This document shows positions 32,453 to 38,628 of a stretch of 38,628 nucleotides of DNA, piece after piece. Under the pieces are notes generated by a model, which was not told the DNA's origin, ran no database searches, and was given only the letters and a program-made list of their open reading frames with translations. Every line of letters begins with the position of its first letter. Position 1 is the first letter of the stretch. The stretch covers positions 1-38,628 of the forward strand of contig JAZUAB010000091.1 of the NCBI GenBank assembly GCA_045637745.1. The letters run 5' to 3'. The translations under genes and the position numbers were made by a program. Source of the stretch: Candidatus Onthoplasma sp. (GTDB lineage: Bacteria > Bacillota > Clostridia > Christensenellales > UBA1242).

Positions 32453-34005
32453 GTTATCTCTTCCACATTCTTATTAGACTTACTTTTTATTCCGCGCCAT
32501 ATATTTTTCAGCCACTTTACACAATTCTTAAATTCCCGCGTCGGCAAATATGCCAGCAATAACAATATTGAAGCTAGCGCCATACAAGCGCCAAATTTTA
32601 TGATTAGCCATAAGATTGTTGCATCAGGTATAAATGAACATATAAATATACAAATTACAGATATGATAATTGTTATAATGGCATCTATAAAATAAGTTTT
32701 AAAATAGCCTTTTGAGCTTTTATTAAAATAATACTTATGCAAGACTAGTGGTTCAACCCAGAATGGAGATACAAGTGTACTAACAATAGTACCGATTATT
32801 ATACCATTAATACCAATAAAAATGCCCAATACTAAAGAAACGACTAAATTTACTAAAGCCTCTACTATTGGCATAAATTTTTTATGATTATATAGCCCAG
32901 AAGCATCTCTAAAGATTAATGTGCTATTACGCATCCTCATGAGATAATAACTTATACATAGCAATATTACAGTACTGTAGTTAAGCATAAATTCTCCACC
33001 GCCAGTCCACAATCTGATGAATGGTTGAATCAATATAACAAGGCATATTGTAGTAAACGATGCCATTAATGAAAAGATAAAATGTATTTGCTTATATTTT
33101 TTATACACATATTCTTTATCTGCACTTGCTATCAAATTTCCAACACTAGCAGTTAATGCATTGATAAATAGATAAAACATAGAAACCAGTGAAGATGTTA
33201 TCATATAATAGTTTGAGTATGCCCCCAATACTACTGCACCTAATATGGATGAAATCAAAATATTGTCAGTAGAATATACAATAACATTTCCAACTTTTTG
33301 CACACTCAAGGCCGCCACGTTTTTAGTGATTTCGCTCTTTACAGCGGGATCTAGAGGTCCCCCCTTACCATTGATTTCTGGAAACAATTTATTTGCCGAC
33401 TTATGAATTATTAAACATTCTAATAATGTAAATATAAGATTTACGATAAAATATATATAATAATTTTTAAATATAAAAAGTACAATTATCTGCAACACAG
33501 TCATTGCAAACATACATACACTTTTAATTTTGTTTTCTATATCATTTCGTTGATAAGCAAATAACAATGATCGTTTATGAGCTGAAAAATAACCAACTAA
33601 AGTATTTATCAAATACAGAATATACAAAAGATATATATTTATATCAACAGTAACGCCACCTCTTATGAAAAATTTAATAAATGGCAAAATCACAATTCCT
33701 AACGACAATACTGTTAAAGCGATTATTAAATAAAACTTTTTATACAAATTTTGTAAGGATTTAACTTTTTCGGTATCACCTTCTGCGATAGGCTTGTACA
33801 TACTAAATACAATAGACGAGCCAATACCCAGTTCAGCCAAATTTAAAAACGAAAATATGTTTGTAAACAACCCATTTAGTCCCAGATACTCTGCGCCCAT
33901 TATATAAATAAGGGCGGTACGCAAAACAAATTGCAACAGCAGTTGTGTTGCAAATTTTATCATATTAAACACTAAATTGTTTTTTACATTATCGGTTCGT
34001 GTCAT
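32434..34005 (-). CDS. wzx: Wzx-type oligosaccharide flippase (MOP superfamily)
   Basis: 523 aa with about 12-14 TM helices and the N-terminal pattern NMIKFATQLLLQFVLRT...LGLNGLF typical of polysaccharide-biosynthesis flippases. Confidence 0.7.
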   Translation of the reverse strand: MTRTDNVKNNLVFNMIKFATQLLLQFVLRTALIYIMGAEYLGLNGLFTNIFSFLNLAELGIGSSIVFSMYKPIAEGDTEKVKSLQNLYKKFYLIIALTVLSLGIVILPFIKFFIRGGVTVDINIYLLYILYLINTLVGYFSAHKRSLLFAYQRNDIENKIKSVCMFAMTVLQIIVLFIFKNYYIYFIVNLIFTLLECLIIHKSANKLFPEINGKGGPLDPAVKSEITKNVAALSVQKVGNVIVYSTDNILISSILGAVVLGAYSNYYMITSSLVSMFYLFINALTASVGNLIASADKEYVYKKYKQIHFIFSLMASFTTICLVILIQPFIRLWTGGGEFMLNYSTVILLCISYYLMRMRNSTLIFRDASGLYNHKKFMPIVEALVNLVVSLVLGIFIGINGIIIGTIVSTLVSPFWVEPLVLHKYYFNKSSKGYFKTYFIDAIITIIISVICIFICSFIPDATILWLIIKFGACMALASILLLLAYLPTREFKNCVKWLKNIWRGIKSKSNKNVEEITKNKQD

Positions 34006-34019
34006 ATTTTTTTTATGAT

Positions 34020-34901
34020 TTAATTTATTGTCTTTATTATTTCACTTTTATACTTTTCATCTGTTGAATCTTCAGGATTTCTACCACCATCAGCCTCGTT
34101 AACATACTTTGATGGAATTGGAACTTTTTTAGTTGCCCCCATCCTAAACCATTCATATTCTATATCAATATGTCCCAAATCTAAGCATTGGCAGTGGTCG
34201 CTCATTTCATAAGACAAGACTGTTGCTGTAGGTCCCAACGCTAAAATAACTAAATCGTCCTTATTTGCATTGTCTAAAATTGCCTGTTTAATCTCTTTAT
34301 ATTTTTCATATGAATTAACCGGAGGACATAATATACGTTTAATTGATTTAGCATTATCAAACAAATCGTTGCCAACGCCCAATCTGCTTTGCGCCCCTTC
34401 AACAAAAACTATATTTCTATCTTGCCATAGCTGTTTTAATTTTTCTACATAAGCTGGAATCTTGGTCGCGTCTTTTTTCCTTAGATAAAATCTACTAATA
34501 AAAGCGTCACCTAAAATTGTCTGCTTGCCAAAATAAAAATTCCATAATCCACCGCGATTTCTTTTAAATTGTTCCCAATATTCATATGGACCTGGCTTTA
34601 TGTTATCTAAATTAAAACTAGCTCTATTAAAGATATCGGGAATACAAACCAAACACTTATCATTGGTTTTACAAGATTTTAATTTTTTGCTTAATTCTTT
34701 ATTATAATCTTGGAATTCTAAGTCTATTCCTCGCATCAATCTTAACTCGCCATCGCCAAAGCGCGTAATGCTACATCTGTTTTTTAATATATAATCGATT
34801 GTATCTAAATCATTAAGCACATCAGGTTGCTTACAAGTTACTCTATATATGTAATTTAAAATCTTGTCCTTTGCATATTTAAAAAAGTATTTTTTATTCA
34901 T
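34020..34901 (-). CDS. GT-D type glycosyltransferase (DUF1792 family)
   Basis: SITRFGDGELRLM motif near the N-terminus, about 290 aa. Start moved to ATG 34899-34901 (AAGGA SD). 8-nt overlap with the upstream gene. Confidence 0.6.
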   Translation of the reverse strand: MNKKYFFKYAKDKILNYIYRVTCKQPDVLNDLDTIDYILKNRCSITRFGDGELRLMRGIDLEFQDYNKELSKKLKSCKTNDKCLVCIPDIFNRASFNLDNIKPGPYEYWEQFKRNRGGLWNFYFGKQTILGDAFISRFYLRKKDATKIPAYVEKLKQLWQDRNIVFVEGAQSRLGVGNDLFDNAKSIKRILCPPVNSYEKYKEIKQAILDNANKDDLVILALGPTATVLSYEMSDHCQCLDLGHIDIEYEWFRMGATKKVPIPSKYVNEADGGRNPEDSTDEKYKSEIIKTIN

Positions 34902-35622
34902 ATGTACGTCCTTTAACTTTATTATAAATTTTCCCAGCCAAACCAAAAGTGCAGAAATTAATAACTTTTTTCACCTTGCTGTAGAACTTTTGTTTTGCTG
35001 TATACCACGAAGCGTTATACCAATGTATCGATCGTGTATTTGACGTTATTCGTTTTTTGTTTGTTATAACATCTATCGGGCTAAAATATTCAGAAGCATA
35101 AAATTTTGTATTTCCAATTTCTTGAGTTATATTTTTGCGCTTTAGCCCCTTTTGTTCAAAATACTTTGTATATACCTCACATATAGTTAAATTAATTAGA
35201 TTGTTTATATCAAATTTAAGCGTCTTATATACATCTAAAATATTTCTTAAATCTTCATTGCGTGGTTCTGAAGCCATAAACAATCCGGGATTTAATAAGT
35301 TAGATGTCTCAAAACCTATAATACAATTAGATTTATCTAACAAATCTTCTATAGGCTTAATCAATTCAACGTCTATATCAAAATATACACCACCTTCATT
35401 GTATAAAATTTCTGTTCTTAAAACATCTGAAGCAAATGCATACTTTTTAGCATCAAGCGCATCTTTTACAAATTGATATTTATTTAAATCAAGATTACTC
35501 TCATTCCAGCATTTAATTTCATAATCTGGGCAAAATTTACGCCAACTAGCAATGCATTTCTCTGCAATCTGCGGCAGTTCTTTGCCTCCAAGCCAAATAT
35601 AATGAATAACTTTAGGTATCAT
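34894..35622 (-). CDS. Glycosyltransferase with DXD sugar-binding motif (GT32 / Gly_transf_sug-like)
   Basis: IPKVIHYIWLGG N-terminus, ASDVLRTEILY..GGVYFDIDVE block. Confidence 0.7.
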   Translation of the reverse strand: MIPKVIHYIWLGGKELPQIAEKCIASWRKFCPDYEIKCWNESNLDLNKYQFVKDALDAKKYAFASDVLRTEILYNEGGVYFDIDVELIKPIEDLLDKSNCIIGFETSNLLNPGLFMASEPRNEDLRNILDVYKTLKFDINNLINLTICEVYTKYFEQKGLKRKNITQEIGNTKFYASEYFSPIDVITNKKRITSNTRSIHWYNASWYTAKQKFYSKVKKVINFCTFGLAGKIYNKVKGRTYE

Positions 35623-35631
35623 AGATTCTCC

Positions 35632-36783
35632 TTAAAATCCAAATATGAATGGACAAACTCCACAAGTATTTTTAGCTGCATATAAATATATCATAAATCC
35701 CCCAGCAATTACATACACCATTATATTGGCTGCGATATATAATTTCTTATTGTGTTTTAATCCTTTTACAAATAGTGGAATTAAAATCAATAGCGAAGTA
35801 AAGAAGTACATATTTAGCCTATTAAATAATTGTGGCATATGAATAATGAACCCCGCCATTCTAAATAGAGGAACAAACATATAAATTAGCAAAAAGAAAT
35901 CGTATAATCTGCTTTCTCTTTCGTATAGTTTCAACCACTTATATTTAGCTACGTACATAACAATAAATATTGCCGCCAACGACAATGAATATAATGTGTT
36001 AACCCAATCAGATTCAACCACAAAAATTAATCTATCATAATATTTTGTATAATAATCTATAGGTGTAAACTTTTCCATTAATCTTAACACGTCAGGAAAA
36101 ATGTGTGAGCCTACCGCCACTATTATAAATGCCAAGCACACAAACCACAAACGAGGCTTAAAATATCTTAATGGAACAATCACAAGACATATTAAAGCAC
36201 TTACGTGGAAAATTGAACCTAACATTATACATATTATCGAACTTATCCACTTTTTGTCTACAAGCCTTATAATTGCTATCAAAACAAAAGCCATAGCAAT
36301 AATTTGTCTATATGCGCTTAAAGACTGAGCGAAAACACCTAAAGCAACATATAAAATTAGGCTCATAAATTTATTAACAGAAACCTTATTTACAAATAGT
36401 ACAATTACTATTGATACAAATAAAGAAATTGTAAATAATAGACATCTAAATGGAAGATTTAATGTTGTCAGAATTGAATTTAAAAAGGTATAACCCATTT
36501 CAAATTTATTTCCCAAATAACTAACAAAAGGAATTGATTTGCCATCTAACAAATTTGTATAATATCTATAATAATTATAAGTATCTAAACCGCAATCCAA
36601 AGATTTGAACGTGGAAAAAAACACTAGCGAAATTATTGTTATAACTCTATACTTGAAAACCCAAGACAAAACTCTTTTAGTCTTAGATGATTGACCTTCT
36701 ACCAATACTCCTTGACGTTTCAACACCCATTCCGCACAAAAATCTAAACATATTAACCCTATAAGTACAAAAAACCAAAACAT
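35632..36783 (-). CDS. EpsG-family / Wzy-like polysaccharide polymerase (polytopic membrane protein)
   Basis: 383 aa with about 10-11 TM helices. It occupies the position between glycosyltransferases where a polymerase is expected. The family assignment rests on overall architecture only. Confidence 0.55.
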   Translation of the reverse strand: MFWFFVLIGLICLDFCAEWVLKRQGVLVEGQSSKTKRVLSWVFKYRVITIISLVFFSTFKSLDCGLDTYNYYRYYTNLLDGKSIPFVSYLGNKFEMGYTFLNSILTTLNLPFRCLLFTISLFVSIVIVLFVNKVSVNKFMSLILYVALGVFAQSLSAYRQIIAMAFVLIAIIRLVDKKWISSIICIMLGSIFHVSALICLVIVPLRYFKPRLWFVCLAFIIVAVGSHIFPDVLRLMEKFTPIDYYTKYYDRLIFVVESDWVNTLYSLSLAAIFIVMYVAKYKWLKLYERESRLYDFFLLIYMFVPLFRMAGFIIHMPQLFNRLNMYFFTSLLILIPLFVKGLKHNKKLYIAANIMVYVIAGGFMIYLYAAKNTCGVCPFIFGF

Positions 36784-36792
36784 TATTTGCTC

Positions 36793-37914
36793 CTATAGTC
36801 CCTCGTATATTTTTTCAAGTTCAGCTTTTACACTTTCAATTGTATATTGCTCGCTTTGTTCAATATTAAATTCTTTAAATTGATTGTACATCTCTTTGTT
36901 TTCTAAAATTTGTGCAATTTTATCACTAAAACCATCAGCATCATCTGGCTCAACAACAAATCCACCTTTTCCGTCAACAATCAAGTCGCGATTACCGCGA
37001 ACATTACTAACCACACATGGAAGACCAAAACTCATTGCTTCAATAACAGATAATGTCAACCCTTCCTGAAATGATGCCAACATAAAAATATCTGATGCTA
37101 TTAAAATTCTATTTATATCTTTTCTAAATCCTAACAATAAGACATTGTCTTCAATTCCTAATTCTTCGATTTGTTTTTTTATTGACTGTTCTTCCTCTCC
37201 TCTGCCACAAATAACATATTTAATGTTAATGCCTTTAGCTTTCAATTCTTTGATCGCTGCCAACATTGTCTTATAATTCTTTCTTTTTATAAACTCCGCA
37301 ATTGTGACTACAACAAATTCGTCATCTTTTATATTCAAAGATTGTCTAATTTCTGATTTAGACTCGTTCGTTTCTTGATATTTATTAAAGGACATACCAA
37401 TCCCGTTAATCTTGAACACTTTTTTAGCCTTCATCTTCTTTGCGTTTTCATAATCTTCTTGGTTAATAGTAATTAGTATATCGGTATATTTTGCAAGCCA
37501 TTTCTCGACAGGCTTATACACTAACTTATTAACAACTGAACATCCCTTAAAGAAATGAAATCCGTGTGCAGTGTATATTACAGGAATTTTAAACTTTTTA
37601 GCCAATAGTCTTCCCATCATACCACCCACAGGCTGTTGGCAGTATATCAAATCATACTTATTGTCTTGTTGCAACTTTTTTAACTGCTTATACGCTTTAA
37701 TATTGGCAGGCTTTAATGGATTACGACTAAAATTAATCTCATGCATCGTTAATCCATATTGATTTTTTAATTCATCAAACCAAAATCCAGTCTTAGCACA
37801 TACACATTCAACAATGTTCCCATTCTCTTCCAAATGCTTGATATGCGGTATTAAAAACTGCCATATCATATTATCTGTTGTGCATAGCATCATTATTTTT
37901 TTGTTGCTAAACAT
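36793..37914 (-). CDS. Glycosyltransferase family 4 (GT-B fold)
   Basis: The C-terminal block ASFQEGLTLSVIEAMSFGLPCVVSNVRGNRDLI fits the E-x7-E GT4 signature. First gene of the minus-strand polysaccharide operon. Confidence 0.8.
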   Translation of the reverse strand: MFSNKKIMMLCTTDNMIWQFLIPHIKHLEENGNIVECVCAKTGFWFDELKNQYGLTMHEINFSRNPLKPANIKAYKQLKKLQQDNKYDLIYCQQPVGGMMGRLLAKKFKIPVIYTAHGFHFFKGCSVVNKLVYKPVEKWLAKYTDILITINQEDYENAKKMKAKKVFKINGIGMSFNKYQETNESKSEIRQSLNIKDDEFVVVTIAEFIKRKNYKTMLAAIKELKAKGINIKYVICGRGEEEQSIKKQIEELGIEDNVLLLGFRKDINRILIASDIFMLASFQEGLTLSVIEAMSFGLPCVVSNVRGNRDLIVDGKGGFVVEPDDADGFSDKIAQILENKEMYNQFKEFNIEQSEQYTIESVKAELEKIYEGL

Positions 37915-38179
37915 ATATTCTCCTTAATTAAATTTTAACAAATAGTCTTATTTCAATAATAAACAAATTCAGTTAATAAATCAAGTGATTTCGACATTTA
38001 ATTTATAAATACTCTATAATAATTCAAATTTCTATCTTGATTTTAATTGTTATGCTTGATTGTGGCATTAGTTTAACCATTAAAACTCAGTTTTAGTATA
38101 AAGCATATCTCATTTCAGACTCAAATTTAGGTCATTTTCAACAAATTTAAAAAAAATTATAAAAATTTGTAAAAAATCA

Positions 38180-38208
38180 TTGACATTCATTTTACGTTGT
38201 GATATTAT
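38180..38208 (+). promoter_or_regulatory. Promoter of the tRNA-Ala/tRNA-Ile cluster
   Basis: TTGACA (38180-38185), 17 nt, TGaTATTAT (extended -10, 38200-38208), 20 nt before tRNA-Ala. Confidence 0.65.
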
Positions 38209-38227
38209 AATAATGCATTTGGCGTAT

Positions 38228-38304
38228 GGGGGTATAGCTCAGTTGGCTAGAGCACCTGCCTTGCAAGCAGGGGGTCTGCGGTTCGAATCCGCATATCTCC
38301 ACCA
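38228..38304 (+). tRNA. tRNA-Ala (anticodon TGC), CCA encoded
   Basis: Folded by hand. Acceptor GGGGGTA/TATCTCC with the G3:U70 Ala identity pair, anticodon stem CCTGC/GCAGG with loop CTTGCAA, T arm TGCGG-TTCGAAT-CCGCA. Confidence 0.9.
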
Positions 38305-38314
38305 TAACAAATGC

Positions 38315-38343
38315 CCGATAAAATCCAACATATTTATCGGTTT
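38315..38343 (+). terminator. Hairpin between tRNA-Ala and the tRNA-Ile fragment (weak terminator or processing structure)
   Basis: CCGATAAA (38315-38322) pairs with TTTATCGG (38333-38340) around a 10-nt loop, followed by only TTT. Confidence 0.4.
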
Positions 38344-38348
38344 GATAT

Positions 38349-38383
38349 AGGAGTGTAGCTCAGCAGGTTAGAGCACCACCCTG
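38349..38383 (+). pseudogene. Truncated tRNA-Ile(GAU) 5' half (positions 1-34 of the tRNA)
   Basis: 35 nt identical to 38502-38536, plus 4 identical nt of 5' flank. Identity ends after the first anticodon base. Confidence 0.85.
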
Positions 38384-38438
38384 TAGCCGAGCAATTTATT
38401 GCGCACGCCAAGGTTCTTGAGCTTGCGAAAGGTTCTTC

Positions 38439-38460
38439 TAAGGTGTCACACCTTATCAGG
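38439..38460. repeat. Palindrome carrying an antisense copy of the tRNA-Ile anticodon arm
   Basis: TAAGGTGT-C-ACACCTTA (38439-38455). CACCTTATCAGG (38449-38460) is the exact reverse complement of CCTGATAAGGTG (38533-38544) in the intact tRNA. Confidence 0.8.
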
Positions 38461-38501
38461 AGCTAAAGACAGATGTAAAGTCTAAAAAACATACTTAATA
38501 T

Positions 38502-38578
38502 AGGAGTGTAGCTCAGCAGGTTAGAGCACCACCCTGATAAGGTGGGGGTCGGTGGTTCGAGTCCACTCATTCCTACCA
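38502..38578 (+). tRNA. tRNA-Ile (anticodon GAT), CCA encoded
   Basis: Folded by hand. Acceptor AGGAGTG/CATTCCT (one G:U pair), D arm GCTC..GAGC, anticodon stem CCACC/GGTGG with loop CTGATAA, T arm GGTGG-TTCGAGT-CCACT, then A-CCA. Confidence 0.85.
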
Positions 38579-38628
38579 TACGCTTTAATATACGAACCAG
38601 ACATAGATAGAGCATATCTAGTTAGGAA

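Noticed and set aside
38349-38578. The idea that the interrupted tRNA-Ile is a tRNA gene carrying a group I intron in the anticodon loop.
   Set aside because: The break is at a classical intron position, but the sequence after the 118-nt spacer is a complete, uninterrupted tRNA rather than just the 3' exon. The spacer is also far too short for a group I intron and lacks P/Q/R/S-like elements that I can see.
76-38628. Possible alternative genetic code (code 4 or 25), because almost every stop codon checked is TAA or TAG.
   Set aside because: The acyltransferase at 14540-15319 stops with TGA in a classical ATGA overlap. Long conserved genes (nrdD, tex, xfp) are intact under the standard code, and Trp is encoded by TGG. 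The TAA bias is simply a consequence of low GC.
38617-38628. The 3' end of the window (..GTTAGGAA) resembles part of the other MGI adapter (..GGTCTTAGGAAGACAA).
   Set aside because: Only 7 nt (TTAGGAA) match, which is compatible with chance in AT-rich DNA. This contrasts with the 24/24 match at the 5' end.
1-38628. Searched for mobile-element or defence hallmarks: transposase, integrase, reverse transcriptase, restriction-modification, toxin-antitoxin pairs, Cas genes and terminal inverted repeats.
   Set aside because: No ORF has the corresponding motifs (DDE, tyrosine/serine recombinase, YxDD, PD-(D/E)xK and so on). The HD and cupin proteins are small housekeeping-like proteins in a SUF operon, and the XRE proteins have no adjacent toxin-sized partner.

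Overview
This is a 38.6-kb low-GC chromosomal fragment using the standard bacterial code: TGA is a stop in the ATGA overlap at 14540-14543, and Trp is TGG. The gene content is anaerobic ribonucleotide reductase (RNR), phosphoketolase, a minimal SufBC, an LtaS-like enzyme and many small XRE regulators. That content suggests an anaerobic Bacillota or Mollicutes-related organism (Erysipelotrichia / Acholeplasma / RF39-like); this is a guess only. Bases 1-24 are an MGI/BGISEQ adapter, so this is probably the raw end of a draft or metagenomic contig.

About 37 CDS are supported, nearly all on the minus strand, plus three intact tRNAs: Thr-GGU, Ala-UGC and Ile-GAU.

Layout, left to right:
- rplI, an orphan ORF and a DUF1540 protein.
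- An operon of membrane protein, LtaS-like enzyme and TM zinc-ribbon protein.
- nrdD-nrdG with a divergent Crp/Fnr regulator.
- A divergent pair of paralogous mini XRE repressors.
- tex.
- An acyltransferase-GT8-GT8-acyltransferase operon, divergent from a membrane-anchored XRE regulator.
- xfp plus a small membrane protein.
- A LOG-family protein fused to a 250-aa Lys/Ala/Pro/Val-rich histone-H1-like tail.
- A cupin-HD-SufC-SufBD operon.
- tRNA-Thr.
- A heterodimeric ABC exporter pair.
- A roughly 9.5-kb polysaccharide locus (GT4, EpsG/Wzy-like, GT32-like, GT-D/DUF1792, Wzx, LicD, nucleotidyltransferase::PLP-aminotransferase fusion, opine-dehydrogenase-like).
- tRNA-Ala, a truncated tRNA-Ile 5' half and tRNA-Ile.

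I found no transposase, integrase, CRISPR array, reverse transcriptase or recognisable defence gene.

The most interesting items are:
- The tRNA-Ile 5'-half duplication, which breaks inside the anticodon and is followed by an antisense copy of the anticodon arm.
- The LOG::H1-like fusion.
- The LicD-linked phospho-alcohol activation cassette containing a fused nucleotidyltransferase/PLP enzyme.
- The roughly 95-aa insertion in one ABC nucleotide-binding domain.
- The palindromic operator array in front of the membrane-anchored XRE regulator.

All family assignments come from motif recognition by eye. No searches were run.
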